DNA of 64,000 nt from Squalus acanthias (taxonomy: Eukaryota): assembly GCA_030390025.1 (NCBI GenBank), contig CM059432.1:129706001-129770000 (forward strand). Reading direction: 5' to 3'. A model generated the notes under the pieces. It did no database searches. It saw nothing but the letters and a program-made list of their open reading frames with translations, and was not told where the DNA came from. How positions within the stretch are numbered: the first letter of the stretch is position 1; each line of letters begins with the position of its first letter. The position numbers were made by a program, and so were the translations under genes. Below are positions 12,989-25,299 of the stretch, one piece after another.

Positions 12989-13378
12989 AATAACAACAGA
13001 AAATGCTGGAAACACTCAGCAGGCCAGGCAGCATCCGTGGAGAGAGAAACAGAGTTAACGTTTCAGGTCTGTGATCCTTTGTCAGAACTGGAAAAAGTTA
13101 GACATGTAACAGATTTTAAGCAGGTGCAGAGGCAGGGAAAGGAGGGAGGGGGAGGAAAGAACAAAAGGGACGACCTGTGCTAGGGTGGAAGGCAGGAGTG
13201 ATTAAATGTTGCAAATGGGGACGGCAGAATCATCAACAGCTGCCATGTTCTGACGAAGGGTCACAGACCTGAAACGTTAACTCTGTTTCTCTCTCCACGG
13301 ATGCTGCCTGGCCTGCTGAGTGTTTCCAGCATTTTCTGTTGTTATTTCAGATTTCCAGCATCTGCAGTATTTTGCTCT
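12989..13378. mobile_element. Penelope-like pLTR remnant arranged as an inverted repeat
   Basis: ~100-bp arms at 12989-13088 and 13247-13346. The same sequence forms the 3' end of the PLE at 51.9-52.1 kb. Confidence 0.85.
13247..13281 (+). ncRNA. Minimal type I hammerhead ribozyme motif (PLE-type)
   Basis: GTT-CTGACGA-AGGGTC-ACA-GACCT-GAAA-CGTT-AAC: conserved CUGANGA and GAAA boxes, stem II, palindromic AACGUU in place of stem III, and a short stem I (GTT/AAC). Confidence 0.75.
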
Positions 13379-13437
13379 TCTTCTACTTTTGTGTTGTTAG
13401 CAAATTTTGAGATTGTGCTCCCTATGCCCAAGTTCAA

Positions 13438-13890
13438 ATCATAGAATCATAGAATGATGCAGCACAGAAGGAGGCCATTTGGCCCATCGTACCTGTGCCG
13501 GCTCTTTGGTAGAGCTATCAAATGAATCCCCCTTCCCTGCTCTTTCCCCATAGCCCTGTCATTGTTTTCCCTTCAAGTATTTATCCAATTCCCTTTTGAA
13601 AGTTACTATTGAATCTGCTCTCACCACCCTTTCAGGCAGTGTATTCCAGATCACAACAACTCACTGTGTAAAAAAATGTTTCCTCATGTCGACTCTGGTT
13701 CTTTTGCCAATCACCTTAAATCTGTGTCTGCTGGTTACTGACCCTTCTGACTGGAAGCAGTTTCTCCTTTATTTACTCTATCAAAACCATTCATGATTTT
13801 GAACACCTCTATCAAATTTATATAAACCGAAAATAAAAGTAGACCCAGCACTGACCTCTGGGGTACACCACTTCCAACATTCACCAACCT
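13438..13890 (-). mobile_element. CR1 3' fragment (with tail) abutting an older CR1 RT fragment
   Basis: Tail ATCATAGAATCATAGAATG at 13438, homologous to 4.9-5.3 kb in the opposite orientation. Minus strand GSGVPQRSVLGLLLF at ~13830-13885. Confidence 0.8.
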
Positions 13891-14574
13891 GCCCCGGACT
13901 TCCCCACCCCCACCTTCCCACTCTGATCGCGAGGCCCTTCGTAAACCCTCCTCCTGACTCCTGGGGTCCATTCCCTTGGCCCCTGGCTCAATATTGCGCT
14001 CCCGCTTGCCTGCTACCTGCTGCTGCCCATGGGAACCTGACTGAGGCTACACAGATGAGGCCCAGGAGTTAAAAACACACTGCCAAGGTCAGGACAGTTT
14101 GCCACCCGTCTCGGCCCCCGCCTGCCCAAGTTAAAATCGGGGCTTAAGAGTTTGCCCACAAGTGATGTTAGACAAACTGGTCCCTAGTACCCGATTTATT
14201 TTTCTCTCCCTTCTCGAACAAAAATGTTACATTGGCCATTCTCCAGTACCTGCAGTACTGAACAAAACTAAATATTTAAAATAAGAGTGTAGATTTCCCA
14301 GTGCCAGCGCTCACTTGTTTATGAGACATGCCAACCTCGCACAATCTTCTGAGGTAAGCTGATTTAAATATTTCTAGCAACCTGTCAGCTGGGAACTTGC
14401 TGATTGTGGGCTTGAGGCTTCTGACATAACAGCAGCAGTTGAAAGACTGCTGCTGCTGCTGTTGAAAGGGAAGTTGTTTGTTGTCTGGCCAGGCATGAAA
14501 TATATTCCTCGATCCCTTCCAATTTAATTGAGTGACATGAAGAAACAGTATGGGGTAGATCCTGCCTGGCCAAC

Positions 14575-15400
14575 CTCCTTGATTTCTTTGAGGAAGAGAC
14601 AACGCAAATCAATTGTAGTAAATCCTATGGCGTTGCGTACTCAGGCTGCCAAAAGAAAGTTGACCAAGTTCCACACACAAAATTAACTAATTAAGCTCAG
14701 AGCTGTGGGGATTCAGGGCAAAACTTGGGTATGGATAAGAAGTAACTGAAGGGTAGAAAATAATGGGTACTGGTTAGAGGGGTAATTTCAGAGTGGGGGA
14801 AATTATTGTGTGGGGTGTCCTAGGGCTCAGTTTTGTGACCACTACTGTTTTCAGTTTACATCAATGACCTGGATTCTGAAACTCACTCCAACTTGGCTAA
14901 ATTTGCAGATGATACCAAGCGAGATGGGGCAGTGGATTTGAAGGAGACAGCCCAGAAACTACAGATTGAGCGAAACAAAATATGTGAGTAAGCCGAACAA
15001 TGGCAAATGAAATTTAATGCAGACAAGCGTAAAGTATTGCTCATAGAAAGGAAAAATGAACAATGTGCACACTTCATGAATGGTGATGAAATAGCTGAGG
15101 ATGGAATTTAAAGAGACCTTGGAGTCTTAGTAGACTCAACGTGCAACATGTCCAGACAATGCAGAGCAACAATCAACAAAACTCTAGGGGAATCAAGGGA
15201 TATGGGGATCGGGCGGGAAAGTGGAGTTGAGGTAGAAGATCAGCAATGATCTTATTGAATGGCGGAGCAGGCTCGAAGGGCCATATGGCCTACTCCTGCT
15301 CCTATTTTATATGTTCTTATGTTCTTAAAACCAGTATAATGTTGACATGAATAGCTAAAACGATAGAGTTCAAGTCAGAGGAAGTCATGATCAAACTGTG
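14575..15400 (+). mobile_element. Old CR1 RT fragment with a nested young CR1 3' end (15181-15326)
   Basis: Degenerate GVSxGSVL, AKFADDTK and WQMKFNADK. The insert matches 9521-9660 and ends in (TTCTTATG)n. Confidence 0.8.
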
Positions 15401-15554
15401 TGGAAACATTTCTCCTCATTTCCCCTCTAGCTCTTTTGCCAATTATTTTAAATCTATGACCTCAGGTTATCGACCCATTTGCCATATGAAGTGATACTAT
15501 GCTTTTCCTCATTTTAATTTCACAGAAAAGCTCCACGCCATGATTTATGCATAT

Positions 15555-15900
15555 GGTCTAGCCTGACACTTCAGTGCAGTACTGAGGAAGTGCTGCATTA
15601 TCTGAGGTGCTGTTTTTCAGATGAGACGTTAAGCCAAGGCCTGCTCCAGTGGTTCAGGTGGACATAAATTATTCCATGACCTGGACAACATTCCTCTCTC
15701 AACTCAACACCACCAAAAACAGCTCAACTAGTTATTCATCTTATTATCTGCTTGTTATGATATTGCCCTGCACCACTTAGCTACTGTGTTTGCCTATATA
15801 ACAATAGTGACTGCATATCAAAAGTAATTCATCAGTTGTGGAGTGCTTTGGACTGTCCGTGGATCTGATAAAGTGTTTTATAAATGCACGTTCTTTTTAT
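15555..15900 (+). mobile_element. Diverged Deu-domain SINE
   Basis: CAGTGCAGTACTGAGG..GATGAGACGTTAAGCCAAGG..CAGGTGGACATAAA, tail TATAAATGCACGTTCTTT. Confidence 0.7.
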
Positions 15901-16129
15901 TTGTAGCACATTTATCCTTTATTGGGTTTGACAATTCAGAATTAAAAAATGAGGTTACTTGCCAGCAGAGAGCTTCAGTATAATGTGTTGTACATCAGCA
16001 GTACACACACGTAACATCACGCTTAAGCACAATAAAACAGGAAATTGAAACTGATACAACTGTAAATACAATCTGATATGACAGACCTTTCCAACATTAC
16101 AGCGAAGGGAACTTGGAGTTCAAATGTTA

Positions 16130-16500
16130 AAAGGTAAAAAAGTGGTTCTCTGTTTGTAATATGGACGTGGAGAAGATAATTCCACTTGTGGGGGAGTTCA
16201 AAACTAGGGGTCATCAATATAAGATAGTCACTAATAAATCCAATAAATAATTCAGGAGAAACTTCTCTACACAGAGAGTGGTTAGAATGCGGAACTCGCT
16301 ACCACAGCGAGTGGTTGAGGCGAATAGCATAGATGCATTTAAGGAGAAGCTAGATAAGCACAGTGGGAGAAAGGAATCGAAGGTTATGCTGATTGGGTGA
16401 GATGAAGTAGGGTGGGAGAAGGCTCATATGGAGCATAAACACTGTCATGGACTAGTTGGGCCAAACAGCCTGTTTCTGTTTTGTAATTTATATGTAATGT
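16130..16500 (+). mobile_element. CR1 3' fragment
   Basis: SKTRGHQYKI..RNFSTQRVVRMRNSLPQRVVEA-like sequence and a CR1-type 3' UTR hairpin. Confidence 0.8.
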
Positions 16501-16699
16501 GTAGTGACAATGTAAACACGTTGGCCGTGAAATTCCTTGGCCATGATCCTATCGTAAGTCCCCGATTTGCATTTTGTTTTCCCAACACCCTGTTTCCAAC
16601 GGATGGGAAATTCAACCCGATTTCTCTGATGTTTCCTTTGCCAGCATCCCAATCTCCACCCTCCATGAATTCTAACTCATTCAAAAGGCAGCCTGTCCC

Positions 16700-17165
16700 A
16701 CAGTAAGTCCTGCTCCCCCATCACCCCATCCCGACTGGCCAACATTCGATCCCTGTCCATCAACGCATTTCATTTAAAACCCTGATCCTCATCTTCAAAT
16801 CGCCCTCACAGCCTTACCTAATTCTGAAATCTGCTCCAGCCTTATGTCCCCTCTCACACCCTTTGGTCTTCTAACTCTGGCCTGTTCTCCAACACCACCC
16901 CGCCCTCCTTTGTCTCACCATTAGTGGCAGAGCCTTCAGCTACCTTTGCCCTGCTTTCTCGAACTTCCTCCTTAAGCCCCTCCACCTCTCTACTTTTCTT
17001 TCACCTTTAGAAACCTTCTCAAAACTCATTCTTCTGACTAAGTTTGTAGGTCACTTCTTCCACTATAGCGTTTGCTCTTTTATTTCTTGCATTTCATTTC
17101 CCCATCGCCTCCGCCTCCCACCAGCCCCACCCCGCCCGTAAAGCACCTTGAGATGTTTTCTACTC
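16700..17165 (+). mobile_element. Degraded L2 LINE 3' fragment
   Basis: Pyrimidine-rich with PITP..W.PV.QRI.FK-like coding, GGRAFS motif and the tail TAAAGCACCTTGAGATGTTT. Confidence 0.65.
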
Positions 17166-17842
17166 TGACACTCAAGGATTCTTCCAATTGTCCGCTGTAA
17201 CTACAGGAGAGGATTTGTCAGGAACCCCAGGGAAACAGTGTACACGTCTGTTTGCGTTATTTCTCTGGGTATCCACCGATCTTTCCACTGAAGGTACAGC
17301 GGGACATTGGGAGAACCCCAGCGGAAAGTCTACCCCTCTCTATAAATACAAATTGTGGTCGTTGTAGACGTAAAAATGCATCTCTTAAAAGGACACTGCT
17401 TCACATTTCCATTCATATTACTCACTTTTCTAGTCCTTTTCTATTTGCTAATAGTTTCCTATTTCACTAGATTAACAGAACTTTGTCAACTATTATATGA
17501 TGGCAATTTGTGCTAAAATTGTGGTCTGCTGACAGTTGGAAATGACATTGGAATTATTGAGATATTCAGATGTGAGTGTTGGAACAAATTCTAATTAGAA
17601 AACAGTTAATGAGAAAATCTTGGTACACTGCATAAGCCCCACAAAGCTTATTGATTCGTAGCTTAATATTAGGAATATTAATCATTAAAATTTAAATTGT
17701 TTTTTTAAATCACCCTAATGATAACAGGCTCTATTATGACTTCATCTAGATTAACAGCTGCTGCAAATTCAACAGAGGAACAATTATGGGATTTTAAACT
17801 GAACAGGTTTATCTTAGACCTAACCTTTACCTTGTGCCACTG

Positions 17843-18790
17843 TAGGGTTTCCAACTCTGCTTGGCTGTATTCCTGCAGGTGTGATCATGTGATGCATGAT
17901 CATATGACACTTGATCACGTGACACTTGCCCAAAGTTTGCAAAATGTTATTGCATTCACCTTAAAAAGGTTGGGTCTCCCGTAGTTGAGTGTCTTTGCTC
18001 TCTGTGAACCGATACAAAATCCTTTTTACTCACTGGCAGGGACAGACTGGAGATCGGGAAATTCCCCGGGTCGCCCCATGAATGGTTCTCTACCATCCCT
18101 GGGAGGTGTGCTCTCTGATTCCCCTCAGCCCGAGAGTTGGACTCTCCGATCCCTCACCACCTGCTGGAAATCAAAGGTGGTCAATTCTTTATAATCTCAA
18201 ATGTAAGCAGAAAATGCTGGCAACACTCAGCATCTGTAATCCGGGAGAGTTGGCAATCCTGCCCCACACACAGGCACTAGGAGCTGAAGGGTGGGATTCG
18301 AACTGCCATTTCACCCTCCAGTTCAATAAAAAAAATGACGGTGGCGAGGGTGGGGGTGGGGCGGGGGGGGAGTCTGGCAGTAGTTTCCAACCAATTCAGT
18401 CCCAAAATGATCTGATAATTCCCACACACGTAGGCTACAGACTTAGGAAAAGGTGCAGTGAAAGTGGGAGGCAAATGGAAAAAGGAACTGATTGGAATAA
18501 CAAAGTTACGACAAGTGCTTACCTAAAATGGTCACTGCTGCAACCAAAACACAAGCACCTATTACAGCCTATGGTGCTCACACAGGCTCCAGCCTAGTCT
18601 GCTAACGGAATCCTGCCCCACCCCATGCCTATTGGCCTCCATGCCTACCTGATAAGGCTCCGCCTCTGCATATTGCTACACTGGCGCTGCCCATCTACTT
18701 CCTATTTCCGAGTTGCTAGCAGCAGTGCCTGGGAGATCTATCCTCAATTCCAGGAGACTCCCAGACAATCCGGAACAGTTGGCAACCTTA
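17843..18790. mobile_element. Possible hAT-type non-autonomous element
   Basis: Terminal TAGGGTTTCCAAC ... GTTGGCAACCTTA, with a second right-end copy at ~18241-18261. No convincing 8-bp TSD. Confidence 0.45.
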
Positions 18791-18864
18791 TATCTTCTAT
18801 CACTTTGCATTTATAGAATTCCAAATGAGCATTCTTTTACTCACCATCCAAATCCTGAGACAAT

Positions 18865-19628
18865 GGGCCATATTTTCCGATGCCTACGGGTGGGTACGAG
18901 CTGTGTACACACCCGTAGGGACATCAGAAATGCCAGTTTCAGGCATGCCAAGCGCATGCACTGAAAACCGGTATTTCTGATCTGTCAAGAATGCTCTTGA
19001 CAGATCGGACGCCTGCCCTGGAGAAGGGCCTCTGCGGGTGGAGAGTTCTGCTTTCTGCAGAACCTCCGCCTGCTGAAAACCCTTACAAATCTTACGCCTG
19101 GTAAAAGCAGGCGTGAGGCCTGCTTTTACCAGCATAAGAGTTGAAAAAAGTTTTTAAAAAAATGTTTCACTCATTTATAATTTAAAAATACTTTTAAAAA
19201 AGCTAAGTTTATTTTTAGCCCCGTAAAAAATCTTTAATTACTTTTTTCAAAAAATTAAATCTTTGTTTAAAAGATTTAATTTATTGTAATTTTAACTCAT
19301 TTTAAAAACGTGATGATTTAAAAAAAAAATTTGTTTAATGTTTTACTGTGTTTTTGGGGTGATCGCCATTCATATATTTGACAGGTCTATCTGTCAAGTG
19401 TATGAAGGGAGATTCCCTTCTCCTATTGGCTCCCCATGGCCCACGTGATCCCAGGGACGCTTGCGAACTGCCTGCGCCCCTGAGATATGTGGGCCCTGCG
19501 CACTTGGAGTTTGGAGAGGCCCAGGAGCGGAAGTGTCCGGACCTCGGGAGCCCTCAGGTAAGTTCGTAGATTTTTTCCAGCTCGGAGGCCTCCGCACGCA
19601 GGAAGCCTCCGATTGGACAATACGGGCC
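18865..19628 (-). mobile_element. Harbinger-type MITE (family M1), inverted relative to 3117-3817
   Basis: Highly similar reverse complement of 3117-3817. TIR GGGCCATATTTTCCGAT; flanks AAT/ATT. Confidence 0.88.
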
Positions 19629-20029
19629 ATTATGCTTTCAGACTTAGTAACACAAAATTTACAGCTGCAATATCATTGATTTCCGCAGCAAAAATACATG
19701 GCCTTAAGCGTACAAGCATCTTATTTCCTTTTCATGGTATAGAAATTGTATACTTTTAACATGGCTTCTTTTAGGCTTTCAGGCCTGGTAATGTCTGGAC
19801 CCATGATGTGGTAGCAGATGTGCAGCGGGTTGGGACTTGTGCCTGCCACAATCCAAGGAGGTTGGCCTCACCAGAAATCCTGGGGTCAGATCATTTCAAA
19901 AATGCTGGTGGGACAAGGGCAGAAGGCTAGATACACCTGGAGGGGGCGGTGTTGTGGAAAATTCAGGAAGGGGGTGAAGCAAGGTGGCTACTTAAAGGGC
20001 TGAGTAAGCGGTTGGAAGAGGGACTGTAA

Positions 20030-20268
20030 TGGCTGGTGCAACAGAAGGAAAAAAGTGAGCATCTAACTTATTTGAGGTAGATGTGGACGTGCTGGTGTCA
20101 CAAACTACAGAATAAGGGATGCAATACTTAGAGTATATGGGAAGAAACCATTGCAGCAGCAACACAGGCCGTGTAGAAGGAGGTGGTTATGGCTGTGGCT
20201 GTGGCTGTGAGTGGGGCCTCCATAACGCCAAGGACCCCCTGGCTGTGTTGGAAGAAGTTTAATGACCT
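20030..20268 (+). pseudogene. Harbinger Myb/SANT-like gene remnant
   Basis: ..AVAVSGASITPRTPWLCWKKFNDL, compare VVPRLAIQCQKKFNDP at 40.6 kb. Confidence 0.65.
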
Positions 20269-20825
20269 CCTGACTCCCCAAAACCTTTCCACCATCTACA
20301 AGGCACAAGTCAGGAGTGTGATGGAATACTCTTCACTTGCCTGGATGAGTGCAGCTCCAACAACACTCAAGAAGCTCGACACCATCCAGGACAAAGCAGC
20401 CTGCTCAATTAGCACCCCATCCATTACCTTAAACATTTACTCCCTCCACCACCGGCGTACCGTGGCTGCAGTGTGTACCATCTACAAGATGCACTGCAGC
20501 AACTCCCCAAGGCTTCTTCGGCAGCACCTCCCAAACCTGCGACCTCTTCCACCTAGAAGGACAAGGGCAGTAGGCGCATGGGAACACCACCACCTCTAAG
20601 TTCCCCTCCAAGTCACACACCAAACTGACTTAGAAGTATATCGCTGATCCTTCATCGTCGCTGGGTCAAAATCCTGGAACTCTCTACCTAACAGCACTGT
20701 GGGAGTAGCTTCACCACACGGACTGCAACTGTTCAAGAAGGCAGCTCACCAACACCTTCTCAAGGGCAATTAGGGATGGGCAATAAATGCCAGCGACGCC
20801 CACATCCCACAAATTAATAAAAAAT
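20266..20825 (+). mobile_element. LINE family A 3' fragment
   Basis: Highly similar to 630-1200. Confidence 0.92.
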
Positions 20826-21507
20826 TGTTTTTTTAAATTAGGTCAGCAAAGTTAAGAGCATTTTCAGATGAGTAACAGAGCAGATAACTGAATCACAAAG
20901 AAGCACATAGGTATTTCCTAGTCAAGCATTGCTTTTTATCACATGATACAACGTCTATTGTCCCAGAAACAAAGTCATTTGGTAGTACTCATGTCAATTG
21001 TCTCACATCCTGCAATGTATACTAGTACTCATCCTAGGTCATTGCTCCCTTAACCCTATCATTACTATCATCCATTCCATGAACCTTGATGGAATATAAC
21101 TGCATGAGCTGGAGACTGCAGCCGTCAATTAACACAATATATTCCTTCTGCAGTCAAAGACAGTGCACAATGCCAGGGATTGTCAGGGCACTGAGGTGGG
21201 TGGGGGTGGGTGGGGGGGGGGGAGGAGGAATGCCAACATCTTGCATTTAACAATACATGAAAAAGAAGCAAAAGTCAATTATTGGCTTCCACTCTGGCTT
21301 GGCATGTGGGAAGTGGTAGTCTCTGTGCCTTCAGTGGTTTGTGAGAATGTACACTTTTTCTTATTTAAAGTCCCTTCACCATTTACCACTTTCCTCATAA
21401 GAGATCCAAAAATAGTTGATTAAGATCAAACACTGCTCAAGCAGATCAACGTTAACAGGACTGATTTTCCTCCAGAGGCTGCAAACTAGGAGACAGCAGA
21501 GAATTGC

Positions 21508-23150
21508 TTTTTTTAATTCATTCCTGGGATGTGGGCGTCGCTGGCAAGGCCAGCATTTATTGCCCATCCCTAATTGCCCTTGACTAGGTGGTGGTGAGCC
21601 GCCTTCTTGAACCGCTGCAGTCCGTGTGGTGAAGGTACTCCCACAGTGCTGTTAGGGAGAGTTCCAGGATTTTGACCCAGCGACGATGAAGGAACAGCAA
21701 CATACAGTAAACTCTTCTTTAAACGGCACTTAATCATCCGGAATACTTTAATAACTGGCAAAATAGATAACCGGTAATCTTGCCGAATCCATCCAGCACT
21801 CGTTTTGCCGAGTCTGAGTCTCCCGCGGTGGCCGAGTTAGTCAGTGGTTTTTATTTTTGTTTGTGTTAAAAATTGCCTTGGTAGGTATACCTCTCTGTTA
21901 TCCAGAATTTTATCAACCGGCACCATCCTGGTCCCATAGGTGCCGGATAAGAAAGAGTTTACTGTACTTCCAAGTCAGGATGGTGTGTGACTTGGAGGGG
22001 AACTTGGAGGTGATGCTGTTCCCATGCACCTGTTGCCTTTGTCCTTCTAGGAGTTACAGGTCGCGGGTTTGGGAGGTGCTGTTGAAGAATCCTTGGCGAG
22101 TTGCTGCAGTGCATCCAGCAGATATCACACACTGCAGCCACGCTGCGCCGGTGGTGGAGGGAGTGGATGTTTAAGGTGGTGGATAGGCTGTCAATCAAGT
22201 GGTCTGCTTTGTCCCAGATGTTGTTGAGCTTCTTGAGTGTTGTTGCAGCTGCACTCATCCAGGCAAGTGGAGAGTATTCCATCACACTCCTGACTTGTGC
22301 CTTGTAGATGGTGGAGAGCATTTGGGGAGACAGGAGGGGAACCACTCACCGCAGAATACCCAGCCTCTGATCTGCTCTAGTGGCCACGCCATTTAAGTGG
22401 TTAGTGCAGTTGAGCTTCTGGTCATAGGTGACCCCAGGATGTTGATGGTGGGGGATTCAGCGATGGTAATGCCATTGAATATCAAGGGAAAGTAGTTAGA
22501 CTCTCTCTTGTTGGAGATGGTCATTGCCTGGCACGTGTATAGTGCAAATCTTACTTGCCACTTATCAGCCCAAACCTGGATGTTGTCCAGGTCTTGCTGC
22601 CTGCGGGAATGAACTACCTCATTAACTGAACACTGTGCAATCGTCAGCGAACATCCCCACTTCTGACCTTATGATGCAGGGAAGGTTATTGATGAAGCAG
22701 CTGAAGATAGTTGGGCCTAGGACGCTGCCCTGAGGAATTCCTACAGCGATGGGCTGCGATGATTGGCCTCCAACAACCATAACCATCTTCCTTTGTGCTA
22801 GTTATGACTCCAGCCACTGAAGTATTTTCCTCCTGATCCCCATTGACTTCAGTTTTTCTAGGGCTTCTTGGTGCTACGCTCGATTGAATGCTGCCTTGAT
22901 GCCAAGGGCAGTCACTCTCACCTCACCTCTGGAATTCAACTCTTTTGTCAATATTTGGACCAAGGCTGTAATGAGGTCTGGAGCCGAGTGGTCCTGGCGG
23001 AACCCAAACTGGGCATCAGTGAGCAGGTTATTGGTGTGTAAGTGCTGCTTGATAGCACTGTCGACGACACCTTCCATCACTTTGCTGATGATTGAGAGTA
23101 GGCTGATAGGATGGTAATTGACTGGATTGGATTTGTCCTGCTTTTTGTGA
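21508..23150 (-). mobile_element. LINE family A RT region and 3' end
   Basis: Reverse complement of 1-1200 and 62930-64000, with QFGFRQDHSAPDLITALVQ and IYKAQVRSVMEYS. Interrupted by the MITE at 21705-21964. Confidence 0.92.
21705..21964. mobile_element. Tc1/mariner (Tigger/pogo-like) MITE
   Basis: TIRs CAGTAAACTCT / AGAGTTTACTG with a TA TSD; the host LINE sequence resumes cleanly. Confidence 0.85.
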
Positions 23151-23299
23151 TGGACTTTGATGGAATTGAGGTGTTGCAGTAATATTTTTTCTGCATTTGG
23201 TGTTAGTTTATATTTATAGTGAAGTGCAGAAAAGACTCATAAGGTTGGACAGAAGGGAGGCAATCAGTAGTATTAAGGACGATGGTGATAAGGTTTGCG

Positions 23300-23900
23300 A
23301 ACCTGTTGGCATATTGGGAATGGGAGAGATGTTTCACGTGAAGCAATCTTGGATGAACTGCTCTCTAAGAGCTTTGGCAGCTGGCGTACTGGTGGTTGAT
23401 GTTGCTCCTGCTCCTCCTCCTCCTCCTGCACTTCTTGCTGTCCAGGTGGTGGTAAGGGTTGGTCCCCCATTATCGCAAAGTTATGCAGCATGCAGGAGAT
23501 CACACAGACTCGCCGGGCCGAATGGCCTCCTTCTGTGCTGTAACCATGCTATGATTCTGTAACCATTCTGTATTCTTTCTGGTGTAGAGAACCTTGGTGA
23601 CATCCCTGAGACAATGGTGGACTGCGAACTGGGAGATATCGCCGATGTCACCTGCTGCAGCCTGGAATGACCCCTGGTATAAAAGTTAAGGGTCACGGTG
23701 ACCATGACAGCCACAGGCAGTGCTGTCCATGCCCTGGTTCATGGCTCGAGTTGTGGCTGCCGCAGATGATATAGTTCGGTGTCGGCCTCCTTAGTGAAGT
23801 GAAGGCACCTGAGACAATGTTCCTCAGTGAAGTTAAGGTAGGAGGAGGCCGCCCTGGATATCTTTTCATACAAGAGCATGGAGGGAGTAGGGAAAACTGA
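23300..23900 (-). pseudogene. Harbinger transposase remnant with an internal deletion and a CR1-tail insertion (~23495-23570)
   Basis: CMLHNFAIMGDQPLPP plus acidic tail; VTVTLNFYTRG..AGDIGDISQFAV. Confidence 0.75.
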
Positions 23901-23987
23901 AGATGAGGGCCCTCCCCAAGCTCAGGGTCATGACCATCCTGCTCGTCACACTCACTGCCACACAGGTGTACCAAACACACAAATATA

Positions 23988-24162
23988 ACAAAAATGAGAA
24001 GTCGCACAACACCAGGTTATAGTCCAACAGTTTTATTTAAAATTACGAGCTTTCGGAGCGCTGCTCCTTCTTCAGGTACTTGTACTGTTGGACTATAACC
24101 TGGTGTTGTGCGACTTCTCATTTTTGTCCACCCCAGTCCAACACCGGCATCTCCGCATCATG
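23988..24162. mobile_element. Short Penelope-like insertion (second PLE family) with a perfect 44-bp inverted repeat
   Basis: Arms at 23988-24031 and 24084-24127. Flanking direct repeat ACAAATATAACA at 23979-23990 and 24163-24174. Confidence 0.75.
24044..24078 (-). ncRNA. Minimal hammerhead ribozyme motif in the loop of the inverted repeat
   Basis: Minus strand AC-CTGAAGA-AGGAGC-AGC-GCTCC-GAAA-GCTC-GT: intact core boxes, 5-bp stem II, palindromic AGCU and a CUC triplet. Confidence 0.75.
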
Positions 24163-24469
24163 ACAAATATAACACACAGTGGGCGAGTCTGGTCTTCGGT
24201 GGTTGCACAAAACGGGCGATAGCGAATCGGCAGCATGTTTTACATCATGCTCGATTTCTTTTCCATTTACCACCAAAGACCAAATTCACCCCCCAGTAAC
24301 TTGCAACGCAAGCTGTGATTGCAACCAGCAATCTAACGTTTGTTGCTTTTCTGACCAAAATGCCATTACCCCCAGTGGCCCAGAACAAGAGAATATGTCC
24401 CCCTCATTAACATTTGCAAGCACCAGCAAAGCTGCACACATCCCAGAGGATGTGATTAGTCAATTTGAG

Positions 24470-24658
24470 GAGGTAGCACCAGGTAAGGCACAGCGCGCAG
24501 GTAAGATGGGGCAGGTGGCGGTGGCTGAGATAGCACCATGTAAGGCACAGTGTCCAGGTGGGAAGGGCAGGTGGCGGTGGCTGAGGTAGCACCAGGTAAG
24601 GCACAGCGCGCAGGTGGGAAGGGGGAGGTGGTGGTGGCTGAGTTAGCACCAGGTAAGC
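24470..24658. repeat. Tandem repeat, ~57-bp unit, ~3.3 copies
   Basis: GAGGTAGCACCAGGTAAGGCACAGCGCGCAGGT..GGCAGGTGGCGGTGGCT recurs at 24470, ~24527, ~24583 and ~24640. Confidence 0.85.
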
Positions 24659-25299
24659 TGCTGACTGGATGTCCATGTAGTGACGGCTGATACCGCCATC
24701 CAAGGTGCCTGTAGCTGTTGCGTTTTGGGCACCAGAGACCTATATTATCAGGTGTGGGTGCCCATGGTAACTCAGAACCTGATACCTGCTACACTTGCAA
24801 GATGGAAGAACTTTGTAGCAAATTAAATTTATCTAAAAATAAATCCCAAAAGTAAAAATTATTAATAAATAAGTCAGAAATATCAAACAAAACAGCAATA
24901 CAAACAGAGTACTAAAGAGATACTATAAGCAATGCAACAAAAAACCCACACTCAAAAACCTGTTCCCCCTTAAAAATTCCATGGTGTACGCAGCATCTTT
25001 TGCATCCATTCAAAATGGGCTTTGGTGGAAAAAAGCTAGGAAATTGTGCTCGGCTATTATTTAAATACTTTTGCATCTATCCTGAGGCCTTAAAGAGCCT
25101 GAGGCACGAAAGGAAACATTTTGTACTCACGTGTTGCATCTCGATCTACCGAGATATGCTTATACATGAGAATGCAATGAGAGAGCTGTAAGTTTGTGTG
25201 AGGGCTAAATTGGCAAGGGTAACTGTGGAACAGATTAACAGGCAGCACCACGTGGCATGTGATCATTGGCTATCTGCCCGATACATGGTATTTGTTGGA

